Shown piece by piece: positions 29,252-39,112 of a stretch of 64,000 nucleotides of DNA. The notes below the pieces were generated by a model. It saw nothing but the letters and a program-made list of their open reading frames with translations. It had not been told where the DNA came from and made no database searches. A program made the translations under genes and the position numbers. The number at the start of each line of letters is the position of its first letter. Position 1 is the stretch's first letter. Origin of the DNA: an uncultured Chloroflexia bacterium (GTDB lineage: Bacteria > Chloroflexota > Limnocylindria > Limnocylindrales > CSP1-4); assembly GCA_963813335.1 (NCBI GenBank), contig CAWEYL010000004.1:64001-128000 (forward strand), in the 5' to 3' direction.

Positions 29252-30168
29252 CGCAGCGCCTCCGTGATCTTGGCCATGTTCCAGCGCATCAACCCCACAT
29301 ACGTGTCGGCCGGCGCTGGGCCGAGGGCATCGTTATACAGGGTCGTGACGACGTTGGTGATGCCCGCCTCGCTCGCCAGCGTCTGCGCGAGTGCAGGACT
29401 GAACTGCGACTCGCTGAAGACGGCCTTGACGCCCGCCGCCTTGACGGTCTCGACAAGCGCGGCAAGCTCGCCGGCCGACGGCTCCTGGCCCGGGTTCGCG
29501 AGGATGACCCCGACGACCTCGAAACCGAAGTGGCGCGCGAAGTACGGAAAGGCGTCATGGAACGTCACGAGCTCGCGGTTCGCCTCGGGGATCGTGGCGA
29601 CGGCATCGGCCAGCTCCGTGTCGAGGGCGGACAGCGTCGCCGCATACGCGGTGGCGTTGGCCTGGTAGGCCGCCGCGCCGGCCGGGTCGATCTCGCTGAG
29701 CTTCGCCACGATGGCCGGCAGGTAGTGGTCGCGGACCAGGGTGGGATCGAGCCAGAAATGGGGGTTGTCCTCTCCGTCGACCACGATCGTCGGGATGCCC
29801 TGGCCAAGGACGAGCTGCGGCGTCTGGCCACCGCTGCTCGAACCGATGAGCTTGTCGAGGAAGTCGTCCAGCCCCACGCCGTTCGAGACGACCAGGTCGG
29901 CGCCGTCGAGCAGCCTGGCATCGTCGGGCTTGGGCTCATAGTCCTCGGGCCCGACCCCGGGCGGGATGATCGAGGCGACCGATGCGCGACCACCCGTGAC
30001 GTTGGCCACGATGTCCTCGAAGACCGTCGTCGTGGTGACGACCTTGAGCGCCGCCGAGGCGGACGGACTCACGGCACTCGTCGTGCACCCGACGGCCGAC
30101 AGGCCGGTCAGGAGCAGGACCGCGGTCAGTGTGAGACCCAGTCTCATGCGAGGTCGGGCGGATGCCAT
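29248..30168 (-). CDS. Zn/Mn ABC transporter substrate-binding lipoprotein
   Basis: Lipobox AVGC, NPHFWLDP, FHDAFPYF and EPS motifs. Confidence 0.92.
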   Translation of the reverse strand: MASARPRMRLGLTLTAVLLLTGLSAVGCTTSAVSPSASAALKVVTTTTVFEDIVANVTGGRASVASIIPPGVGPEDYEPKPDDARLLDGADLVVSNGVGLDDFLDKLIGSSSGGQTPQLVLGQGIPTIVVDGEDNPHFWLDPTLVRDHYLPAIVAKLSEIDPAGAAAYQANATAYAATLSALDTELADAVATIPEANRELVTFHDAFPYFARHFGFEVVGVILANPGQEPSAGELAALVETVKAAGVKAVFSESQFSPALAQTLASEAGITNVVTTLYNDALGPAPADTYVGLMRWNMAKITEALR

Positions 30169-30194
30169 GATCGTTCCTCCAGGCCGAGGGTGGG

Positions 30195-30647
30195 TCAGGC
30201 GGTCGCGCTCGTCGGACCGGGCTGCGCGGCAAGACATGCCGGGCAGAGGCCGAAGAGCTCGAGGCGGTGGTCGTCGATGCGGTAGCCGGAGCGGCGGGCG
30301 ATGTCCCGGACGACGGACCGCAGCCCGCGGTCGTCGATCTCCGCGGCACGTCCGCACCGAGAGCACACCACGTGATGGTGGTGGGCTGGCCGACAGGCGA
30401 CGAACGCGTGCTCACCCGACAGGAGGTCGAGCCGCTCGATCACGCCCAGCTCGGTGAGCGCGTCGAGGGTTCGAAAGACGGTCGCGCGCCCGACGCGGAG
30501 GCGTCGGCGGCGGCTCTCGGCCAGGAGGTCGTGGGCGGTGAATGATCCCTCGTGCTCGGCGATCAGCTCGGCGAGCGTGCGGCGCGGTGCGGTCAGGCGA
30601 TAGCCCGCGCGGTCGAGAGCGGTGACGATCGGGTCGAGGGTCTCCAT
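30195..30647 (-). CDS. Fur-family regulator (Zur-like)
   Basis: RLTAPR, ATVFRTL, HHHHVVCSRCG and GLCPAC; first gene of the metal ABC operon. Confidence 0.9.
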   Translation of the reverse strand: METLDPIVTALDRAGYRLTAPRRTLAELIAEHEGSFTAHDLLAESRRRRLRVGRATVFRTLDALTELGVIERLDLLSGEHAFVACRPAHHHHVVCSRCGRAAEIDDRGLRSVVRDIARRSGYRIDDHRLELFGLCPACLAAQPGPTSATA

Positions 30648-30655
30648 GTAGCGAA

Positions 30656-30695
30656 CAATACTCGGTTTCGCCCGACCTGTCGATACTCAGTCTCA
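30656..30695 (-). promoter_or_regulatory. Two related imperfect 15-bp boxes (putative Fur/Zur operators) overlapping the promoter
   Basis: caatactcggtttcg (30656-30670) and cgatactcagtctca (30681-30695); the first overlaps the TATTGT -10 box of the fur-family gene. Confidence 0.45.
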
Positions 30696-30910
30696 GCAAC
30701 GACGCGAGGACGGACCTCGGCGAGGCCCGACCACGGCCAGGCAGGCTCATCCTGGCGACACACGGCCGAAGCTTGACGCGTCACCAGAACGAGCCCGGCG
30801 CGGAGCGCGCCCTCGTCGTCATCCCTCTCCGCTGACGTCGTGAAACGGGCACTTGCGGCATCCTTAGGCCGCCCACCCACCGTCCGAGACCCTTCCGGAG
30901 TCCGCCCGCC

Positions 30911-33689
30911 GTGCAGTCCGCCGCCGACCGCGAGAGCCCGCGCCGCACCAGCCCGTCCACCATGGGCTGGCTGGCGATCATCGTCATGGCGTTCATGGCG
31001 GGCGTCGGCATCATCGGCGCGCTGGCGTCCGTCGGCATCTTCCAGTCGCTGCTCCGCGACCTGAAGGACCCGCACGAGCTCACCTCGTACGTCCTGCCCG
31101 AGGAATCGGTCATCTACGACCGGACCGGCAAGATCGAGCTGGCCCGCTTCGGCGATTCGAAGCGCGATGTGGTCACCTACGACCAGATCCCGCCGGTCCT
31201 GCTCGATGCGACCACCGCGGTCGAGGACAAGACGTTCTGGGAGAACGCCGGCTTCGATCCGGTGGCGATCATCTCCGCCACCCTCGATTCGCTGCGCGGC
31301 AACAGCCGCGGCGCCTCGACCATCACCCAGCAGCTCGTCCGCGCGCGGCTGCTCGACGACAAGCTGGTCCAGGACCCCAGCCGGACCGCCGAGCGCAAGC
31401 TCAAGGAGATCATCCAGTCGATCCGCCTGACCGAGGCGTTCCCCGGGGTGACCGGCAAGCAGCAGATCATCACCGCCTACCTCAACCAGAACTACTACGG
31501 CAACCAGGCCTACGGCGTTGCCGCCGCGGCCCAGGAGTACTTCGGGGTCTCGCTCGACAAGCTGACGCCGGCGCAGGCGGCGATCATCGCCGGACTCCCG
31601 AAGTCGCCGTCGAACTACGACCTCGTGCGCAACGCCATCGAGCAGTGCACGACCGTGGTGGCCGCGGACGAGACGTGCCCCAAGTCGACGCTCGTGGTCC
31701 CCGACGACACGACCATCGTCCAGCGCCGGAACGACATCCTCGACCTGCTCGCCGAGGGCGACCGCACCCCGATGTCGGGCGACGCCTACAGCGCCGCCGA
31801 TTTCGAGGCCGCCAAGCACGACGTCGTCACCCTGGCCAGCCAGGCGACCCCGCGCTGGATCGCCCCGCACTTCGTGTGGGCGGTCCGCGACGAGCTGACC
31901 GCCAAGCTGTGCGGCCCCGACGCGGAGACCTGCCCCGCGCTCGAGCAGGGCGGCCTGCGCGTCACGACGACCCTCGACGTCCCGATGCAGCGGATCGCCG
32001 AGAAGTGGGTCAAGGCGGCCGCGATCGTGCCCCACGCAAAGGATCCCAAGGCGGCCGCGAAGCGGCTCGGCTTCAAGGACGTCCAGCCATGGATGACCAA
32101 CCTGTCGAACAAGAACGTCCGCAACAGCGCTCTCGTGGCGGTCGACTACCAGACCGGCGAGCTGGTCGCCTACGTGGGCAGCGCCGACTACTACTCCACC
32201 TCGACCAGCAAGCGCTTCCAGCCCCAGTACGACGTCGTGGGCAAGGGCTATCGCCAGCCGGGCTCGGCGTTCAAGCCGTTCAACTACGTGGTGGGGATCG
32301 ACGACGGGACGCTCACCGCCGGCTCGATGTTCATGGACAGCGCGACCGACTTCGGCGGCGGCTACACGCCGAGCGATGCCGACAACCTCGAGCGCGGGCC
32401 GGTCCGCCTGCGGACGGCGCTCCAGTTCTCGCTCAACATCCCGTCGGTCAAGGCGATGCAGATCAACTCGCCGGCCCGCGTCTTCGCCAAGGCCAAGGAC
32501 TTCGGCATGACCTTCCAGGCCGACACGACGAACGCTGGCCTGGCCCTGGCGCTCGGCGTCCAGGAGGTCCGGCCGGTCGACCTCGTGACCGCCTACGGCA
32601 CGTTCGGCAACGCCGGCAAGCGGGTCGACCACACCACGATCCTGACCGTCACCGACCGGGACGGGACCGACGTGATCCCACCCTACGTGCCACCGGCGGG
32701 CACGCCCGTGGTGAGCCCGCAGGCCGCCTTCGTCATCACCGACATCCTGGCCGGCAACACCAACCCCAACGTCAACCCGTTCTGGGGCAAGTTCGCGATC
32801 GATTCGCCGGACGGCCGACGCCCGGCGACCCTCAAGACCGGGACCAACAACGACGCCAAGGACCTCAACGCCTACGGCTACATCGCGGCCCCGTCCAAGG
32901 CGGCCCGCGCCGACGGCGCCTACGCGCTGGCGGTCGGCGTCTGGGACGGCAACAGCGACAACACGCCGGTCGGGAACGTCTTCTCGATCAACGTCGCCAC
33001 GTACGTCTGGCAGGGGTTCCTCGAGGAGGCCACCAAGACCTGGCCGATCGCGAAGTTCACCCGCCCGGATGGCCTGACCCGTGCCTCGATCGACCCGTGG
33101 ACCGGGCTGCTCGCCGACAAGGGCGGCAAGTCCGTCGACGAGTGGTTCATCGGCAACAGCGCGCCGACGAAGCAGCTCACTGCCAACACGTGCGGCGTCG
33201 ACGTCCTCACGGAGCCCGGCGTCGGCTTCGAGAGCCGCTACGACAACTGGATGAAAGCCGACCGCGACTGGCTCCGCCGGGCCGAGAAGGGCCCCGGCAC
33301 GGTCGGCGGACCCGAGCGGACCAAGACCGCGTACTTCTACAACCCCACCTACCATCCGTACGGGCGCTCGTGGGGCGCGTTCGTCGGCGCCGGCGAGCTG
33401 CGGGCCGAGCCCGAGCCCGTCGCCGTCGTGCATCCCGCTGCCGACCCCGGACGCCAGCGGCGTCGTCCCGTCCTTCGAGCTGCCGACACCGGATCCGAAC
33501 GCCTCTGGTGCGGTCGCCCCGGTGTTCTGCCCACCGGCCTCGCCATCCCCGACCCCATCCGAGAGCGCGCCGCCCTCGGCGGAGCCCACGCCGACACCGA
33601 CGCCCACGCCCACCCCGACACCGACGCCGACCCCCACGCCCACGCCGACACCCACCCCGACACCGACCCCGCCGCCGCCCGCTCCGTAG
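30911..33689 (+). CDS. Class A penicillin-binding protein (transglycosylase/transpeptidase); one frameshift near 33395
   Basis: EDKTF, GASTITQQL, RKLKE, YLNQ, GSAFKP, SLN and KTG motifs; the alternative frame gives a natural SPSPS..(TP)n tail ending at TAG 33689. Confidence 0.9.
33585..33686 (+). repeat. Coding hexamer repeat for the (Thr-Pro)n tail of the PBP
   Basis: Imperfect (acgccc/acaccg/accccg)n. Confidence 0.8.
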
Positions 33690-33721
33690 CGGGCCGCCGG
33701 CCGTCGGCTAGCATCGCGGCC

Positions 33722-34555
33722 ATGGACGACGTCATCGCCATCGACGGGCTCGTGGTCCGGCGCGCCGGCCGGACGATCCTCGGCCCGCTCGACTGGCACG
33801 TCCGCCCGGGCGAGCGCTGGGTCATCATCGGGGCGAACGGCTCGGGCAAGACCACGCTGCTGTCCGTCGCCGGCCTGACGCTCTGGCCGACGGCGGGCAC
33901 GGTCGAGGTCCTCGGGGCCCGCTACGGCAAGGTCGACAGCCGCGAGGTGCGCCGCCGCATCGGCTCGGCGGGGAGTGCCGTCGAGGCGGTCCTGCGCGAC
34001 GACCTCACCCCGGTCGACCTCGTCATGACCGCACGCAACGCCGCCACCGAGCCGTGGTGGCACGAGTACCACGATGCCGACCGCGAACGTGCCCGGTCGC
34101 TGCTGGCCGACCTCGGCATGGCCGCGGCGGCGGACCAGCCGCACGGGACGCTGTCCGCCGGCGAGCGCCGGCGGGTCTCGATCGCCCGCGCCCTCATGCC
34201 CGACCCGGACCTGCTCCTGCTCGACGAGCCGGCGGCCAGCCTGGACCTCGGGGCGCGCGAGACGCTCCTCGCGGACCTCGCCCGGCTGGCGGCGGCGGCG
34301 CAGCCGTCGGCCATCGTCCTGGTCTCGCACCACCTCGAGGAGATCCCGACGGGGTTCACCCACGGCCTCGTGCTCAGGGCGGGCCGCGTCGTGGCGGCCG
34401 GGCTGCTGGAGGCCGTTCTGACCGGCCCGGTACTCAGCGACGCCTTCGGACTGCCCCTGCTGGTCGAGCACCGCGACGGTCGCGCGTGGGCACGCCTGCG
34501 GCCGGCCGCCGACATCGAGCCGTCACACGCCGCTGCCACGCTCCCGGAACGATGA
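33722..34555 (+). CDS. ABC transporter ATP-binding protein (ModF/YlmA-like)
   Basis: GANGSGKT, LSAGE, LLLDEP and SHHLEE; TAGCAT -10 box 7 nt before ATG. Confidence 0.88.
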   Translation: MDDVIAIDGLVVRRAGRTILGPLDWHVRPGERWVIIGANGSGKTTLLSVAGLTLWPTAGTVEVLGARYGKVDSREVRRRIGSAGSAVEAVLRDDLTPVDLVMTARNAATEPWWHEYHDADRERARSLLADLGMAAAADQPHGTLSAGERRRVSIARALMPDPDLLLLDEPAASLDLGARETLLADLARLAAAAQPSAIVLVSHHLEEIPTGFTHGLVLRAGRVVAAGLLEAVLTGPVLSDAFGLPLLVEHRDGRAWARLRPAADIEPSHAAATLPER

Positions 34556-36096
34556 CCTCGACCTCACGCGCCGCCATGGGCGGCATCGCCGCCACGGCGG
34601 TCGCCCTCGGCACCTCGGAACTCCTCGCCGGTCTCCTGGCGGGCGCCAGCTCGCTCGTCGCCGGGATCGGCCAGCTCGTGATCGACCTGCAGCCGCCGGG
34701 TGCCAAGGACGTGATGGTCGGGCTGTTCGGGACCAACGACAAGCTCGCCCTCGAGGTGTCCATCGTCGTCGTGGCGCTGGCCATCGGGGCCGGGCTGGGG
34801 ATCGTCGCTCGCTCGCGCCTCGGCCTCGCCTCCATCGGCTTCGCCCTGTTCGGGGTCGTCGGCTTCCTCGCCGCCCTGCGCGACCCGCTGGCATCGGCAC
34901 CGATCACCGCGGTGGCGGCTGCGGTCTCGGTCGCGCTCGGGATCTGGGTCCTCGGCTGGCTGGTCGGCCCGCGCCGGGCCACGGCGCCGGCCCGCGTCGT
35001 CGGCCCGACCGCCGAGCGGACGATGCCCGACTGGTCGCGACGGTCGTTCATGGTCCGGGCGGGGGGCGTCACCGCCGCCGCGGTGGTCGCCGGCATCGGC
35101 GGTCGTGCGCTCCTCGACCGCCAGCGCGCGATCCCCGACCAGGCCGACAGCACGATCCCGCCGGCGTCAGTGACGGTCCCCGCGCTCGGCGCGGACCAGG
35201 ACCTCCAACCGACCGTCGCCGGGCTGACCCCGATCGTGATGCCGAACGAGCGCTTCTACCGGATCGACACGACCCTCCTGACGCCGATCGTCGAGACCGC
35301 GGACTGGTCATTGCGCATCCACGGCCTGGTCGACCGCGAGACGACGCTGACCTGGGAGGAGCTGGTCGGGCTGCCGATGTTCGAGCAGTACGTGACGATC
35401 GCCTGCGTCAGCAACGAGGTCGGCGGGAAGCTCGTCGGCAACGCGAAGTGGACCGGCGTCCGCCTCCGCGAGGTCCTCGCCATGGCCGGCGTCCAGGCGT
35501 CGGCCACGCAGCTCGTCGGGCGCTCGGTGGACGGCTGGACCGCCGGCATGCCGACCGCCTGGGTCATGGACCCGCAGCGCGAGCCGATGATCGCGGTCCG
35601 CATGAACGACCAGCCGCTCCCGGCCGCCCATGGCTTCCCGGCGCGGCTCATCGTCCCCGGGCTGTACGGCTACGTGTCGGCCACCAAGTGGCTCGCCGAG
35701 CTCGAGCTGACCACGCTCGAGGCCTTCGACGGCTACTGGGTCCCGCTCGGCTGGTCGAAGGAGGCGCCGATCCTGACGCAGTCGCGCATCGACACCCCCG
35801 TCGGTTCGGCCGTCGCCGGGCAGGTCGCGATCGCCGGGATCGCCTGGGCACCGGACCGTGGGGTCAGCCGCGTCGAGGTGTCCGTCGACGGCACATGGCA
35901 CGACGCCCGGCTGTCGCGCCCGATCTCGGATGCCACGTGGGTCCAGTGGGTGCTGGACTGGGCCGCCACGCCGGGCGACCACACGATCCAGGTCCGCGCC
36001 ACCGACGGGGCCGGCCAGACCCAGACCGAGCAGCCGAGCCCGCCGGCCCCGGATGGCGCCCGCGGCTGGGACACCCGGGCCATCCACGTCAGCTGA
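34552..36096 (+). CDS. Membrane-anchored sulfite oxidase family molybdopterin oxidoreductase
   Basis: TM N-terminus with FGTNDK, internal SRRSF (Tat-like), FYRIDT, CVSNEVGG and HGFPARLIVPGLYG. Confidence 0.9.
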   Translation: MTSTSRAAMGGIAATAVALGTSELLAGLLAGASSLVAGIGQLVIDLQPPGAKDVMVGLFGTNDKLALEVSIVVVALAIGAGLGIVARSRLGLASIGFALFGVVGFLAALRDPLASAPITAVAAAVSVALGIWVLGWLVGPRRATAPARVVGPTAERTMPDWSRRSFMVRAGGVTAAAVVAGIGGRALLDRQRAIPDQADSTIPPASVTVPALGADQDLQPTVAGLTPIVMPNERFYRIDTTLLTPIVETADWSLRIHGLVDRETTLTWEELVGLPMFEQYVTIACVSNEVGGKLVGNAKWTGVRLREVLAMAGVQASATQLVGRSVDGWTAGMPTAWVMDPQREPMIAVRMNDQPLPAAHGFPARLIVPGLYGYVSATKWLAELELTTLEAFDGYWVPLGWSKEAPILTQSRIDTPVGSAVAGQVAIAGIAWAPDRGVSRVEVSVDGTWHDARLSRPISDATWVQWVLDWAATPGDHTIQVRATDGAGQTQTEQPSPPAPDGARGWDTRAIHVS

Positions 36097-36130
36097 CGGT
36101 CCGTCGGCCGAATCGGTATAGATTCCGGAC

Positions 36131-36700
36131 ATGCCCCGACGTCGCTACATCTTCGATCCGCCCGAACGCTTCGTCGCCGGCACCATCGGCGAGCCCGGCG
36201 ACCGGGCGTTCTTCCTGCAGGCCCGCGAGGGGCAGCGCGTGGTCAGCGTCGCGCTCGAGAAGGTCCAGGTGAGCGTCCTCGCCGAGCGGCTCTGGGAGCT
36301 CCTGGCCGAGCTCGAGCGGCGCGGCGTCCCCGAGGCGGCATCGGCCGCGAGCGGACCGGCCGCGGCCCGCGACGACGAGCCGCTCGACGAGCCGCTCAAC
36401 GAGGCCTTCCGCGCGGGCTCGCTGACGCTGGGCTGGGACGTCGGCGCGGAGCGGGTGCTCCTCGAGGCACGCGGCCTGGACGAGGACGGCGACCCGATCG
36501 ACCCGGAGGACGATGACGACGCGGACGAGGACGGCCCGGACCTGCTGCGCGTGCGCCTGACCGCGGACGCCGCCCGCTCCTTCGTCGAGCGGGCGCACCG
36601 CGTGGTCGCCGGCGGGCGGCCGCCGTGCCCGCTGTGCGGCCAGCCGCTCGATCCGCAGGGCCACATCTGCGCCCGTCGCAACGGCCACTACCTCAACTAG
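36131..36700 (+). CDS. DUF3090 family protein
   Basis: PERFVAGTIGEPGDRAFFLQA, LEKVQV and GRPPCPLCGQPLDPQGHIC. Confidence 0.88.
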   Translation: MPRRRYIFDPPERFVAGTIGEPGDRAFFLQAREGQRVVSVALEKVQVSVLAERLWELLAELERRGVPEAASAASGPAAARDDEPLDEPLNEAFRAGSLTLGWDVGAERVLLEARGLDEDGDPIDPEDDDDADEDGPDLLRVRLTADAARSFVERAHRVVAGGRPPCPLCGQPLDPQGHICARRNGHYLN

Positions 36701-36707
36701 CCGGCCG

Positions 36708-37442
36708 ATGCTCGACCCGGCGACGACGCTGGACGTCCTGCGCGAGGGCGAGATCGACGTGGTCGGGCGCATCGTCGAGTCGTCCAACAACGCGATGCTG
36801 GTCTCGGTCACGCGGCCGTGCCCGGAACCCGGCCCCTCGACCGTCATCGACGCCATCTACAAGCCGACGCTCGGCGAGCGGCCGCTCGACGACTTCCCGG
36901 ACGGGACGCTGAGCCATCGCGAGATGGCGGCCTGGCACGTGTCCGAGGCGAGCGGCTGGGGGATCGTCCCGCCGACCGTGCTGCGCGACGGGCCGTTCGG
37001 CGACGGGATGCTCCAGGCGTACGTCGAGCCCGACCCCGCGGTGGACGTCATGGCCTGGGTCTACGAGGACGACCCGCGCCTGCGCCGGATGGCCGTCCTG
37101 GACGCGGCGATGAACAACACCGACCGCAAGGGCGGCCACATCCTGCCGGTCGACGGTGGCCGCCACGTCTACGGCGTCGACCACGGCGTCTGCTTCTCGC
37201 CGGTGCCCAAGCTGCGGACCGTGCTGTGGGCGTGGCGCGGCACGCCGTTCGCCCCCGACGAGGTCGCCGGCCTGGAGCGGATCCGGGCAAGCCTGGACAG
37301 CGACCTGGGCGCCTCGCTGCGCGGGCTGCTCTCCGCGGTCGAGGTCCGCGCGACGCGGCGCCGGCTGGACGGCCTGCTCGCCGAGGGCCGGTTCCCGCTC
37401 CCCTCCCCGAGCTGGCCGGCCATCCCCTGGCCCCCGTTCTGA
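36708..37442 (+). CDS. SCO1664 family protein (PI3/PI4-kinase-like)
   Basis: YKPTLGERPLDDFPDGTL, NNTDRKGGH, DHG, KLRTVLW and PWPPF motifs. Confidence 0.9.
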   Translation: MLDPATTLDVLREGEIDVVGRIVESSNNAMLVSVTRPCPEPGPSTVIDAIYKPTLGERPLDDFPDGTLSHREMAAWHVSEASGWGIVPPTVLRDGPFGDGMLQAYVEPDPAVDVMAWVYEDDPRLRRMAVLDAAMNNTDRKGGHILPVDGGRHVYGVDHGVCFSPVPKLRTVLWAWRGTPFAPDEVAGLERIRASLDSDLGASLRGLLSAVEVRATRRRLDGLLAEGRFPLPSPSWPAIPWPPF

Positions 37443-37513
37443 CCGGCCTGGGCGGCACGGCCTGACGGAAACGCCGGCGGCCCGGTGGCGCACGATAGGC
37501 GCCGGAGGTGCGG

Positions 37514-39112
37514 ATGCGGCGCTGGAACGGGTGGGGCGAGGACGACGTCGAGGTGACCCTGGCAGCGGGCGCGCGCGGCCTGCTGGAGCGGCTCATCGGA
37601 CCCGGCGCGCCCCAGCCCGACGCGAGCCTCGAGGACGTCCTGGCGGCCGTGCCGGCGTCACGGTTGAAGCCGGATGCGCGCCTGGACCTCGACCCCGAGT
37701 CGCGTCTCCGCCATGCGACCGGCCAGAGCCTGCCGGACTGGATCGCCATCCGCTCCGGCCGCATCCGGGCCGTCCCCGACGCCGTGGCCCGCCCGGTCAG
37801 CCGCGCCGACGCCCGCGAGCTGCTCGCGCTCGCCGCGGCGCGAGGCGCGCGCCTGGTCCCGTACGGCGGCGGCACGAGCGTCGTCGGGGGCGTGACGATC
37901 CGGCCGGGCGACGAGCCGGTCATCACGGTCGCCCTCGAGGGCATGGCCGGGCTCACCGACCTCGACCCGGCGAGCGGGCTCGCGACGTTCGGCGCCGGGG
38001 CGCTCGGCCCGACGGTCGAGGCGGAGCTGGGCGCGGTCGGCCTCACGCTCGGGCACTACCCGCAGTCGTGGGAGCTCTCGACGGTCGGCGGCTGGGTCGC
38101 CGCGCGCTCGGCCGGCCAGGAATCGATCGGCTCGGGACGGATCGAGGCGCTCTTCGCGGGCGGGCACGTCGAGACGCCGGCCGGTCCGCTCGAGCTGCCG
38201 ACCCACCCCGCCTCGGCCGCCGGGCCGGACCTGCGCCACCTGATCCTGGGCTCCGAGGGCCGGGCCGGGATCATCACCGACGTCGTCGTCCGCGCGCGGC
38301 CGATCGCCGAGACGACGAAACGGGTCGCGTTCGTGCTCGGGGGCTGGCCGCGGGCCGTCGCCTTCGCGCGGGACCTGGCCCGCTCCGGCGTGCCCCTCGA
38401 CATGGTCCGCGTCTCGACCCCGCTCGAGACCGCGACCACCTTCGCGCTGGCCGGCGACGCACGCGGCGCGCGGTTCCTGCGCCGCTACCTCGCCCTGCGC
38501 GCCCCCGACGGCGAGCGCTGCCTCGCGATCGTCGGCGTCTCCGGTTCGAGCCGGGTGGTCGGCGCCGCGCTCCGTGATGTCGGCGCGATCGCCGCGACGC
38601 GCGCCGCCGTCCGCGTCCCCGGGGTGGCCGCCGCCTGGGAGCGGCAGCGCTTCCGCAGCGCCTACCTGCGCAACACCCTGTGGGACGCCGGATACGCGGT
38701 GGACACCCTGGAGACCGCGGTCGACTGGGGCCGCCTGGAGCCGCTGGCGGCGGCGCTCGGCCCGGCCCTTCGCCGCGGCCTCGAGCCGCTCGGCGAGCGC
38801 GTCCACGCGTTCAGCCACCTCTCGCACGTCTACCGCAGCGGGTCGAGCCTCTACGCCACGTACGTGTTCCGGCTGGCGCCCGACCCGGACGAGACGCTCG
38901 AGCGCTGGCGCCGCCTGAAGACCGCCGCGAGCGAGGTCATCGTCGCCCACGGCGGGACCATCAGCCACCAGCACGGCGTGGGGACCGACCACGTGCCCTA
39001 CCTCGAGGCCGAGAAGGGCGCGGTCGGGATGGCGACGCTGCGCGCCGCGTTCGGCGCGCTCGACCCCGACGGGATCATGGCGCCGGGCGTGCTCCTCGGG
39101 GACGGGTCGTGA
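37514..39112 (+). CDS. FAD-linked oxidase (alkyl-DHAP synthase-like)
   Basis: RRWNGWG, PYGGGTSVVGG, GHYPQSWELST, GSEG, HLSHVY and SHQHGVG motifs. Confidence 0.88.
   Translation: MRRWNGWGEDDVEVTLAAGARGLLERLIGPGAPQPDASLEDVLAAVPASRLKPDARLDLDPESRLRHATGQSLPDWIAIRSGRIRAVPDAVARPVSRADARELLALAAARGARLVPYGGGTSVVGGVTIRPGDEPVITVALEGMAGLTDLDPASGLATFGAGALGPTVEAELGAVGLTLGHYPQSWELSTVGGWVAARSAGQESIGSGRIEALFAGGHVETPAGPLELPTHPASAAGPDLRHLILGSEGRAGIITDVVVRARPIAETTKRVAFVLGGWPRAVAFARDLARSGVPLDMVRVSTPLETATTFALAGDARGARFLRRYLALRAPDGERCLAIVGVSGSSRVVGAALRDVGAIAATRAAVRVPGVAAAWERQRFRSAYLRNTLWDAGYAVDTLETAVDWGRLEPLAAALGPALRRGLEPLGERVHAFSHLSHVYRSGSSLYATYVFRLAPDPDETLERWRRLKTAASEVIVAHGGTISHQHGVGTDHVPYLEAEKGAVGMATLRAAFGALDPDGIMAPGVLLGDGS

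Noticed and set aside
30593-34471. Very long antisense ORFs (also 45230-48268, 37658-39934 and others)
   Set aside because: These are shadows of high-GC coding strands with no recognisable motifs.
30911-34555. Apparent 1214-aa PBP-ABC ATPase fusion with an (HADT/HPDT)n His-rich linker
   Set aside because: The linker is the off-frame reading of a (TP)n tail. One extra base near 33395 explains it, and the ATPase has its own ATG and -10 box.
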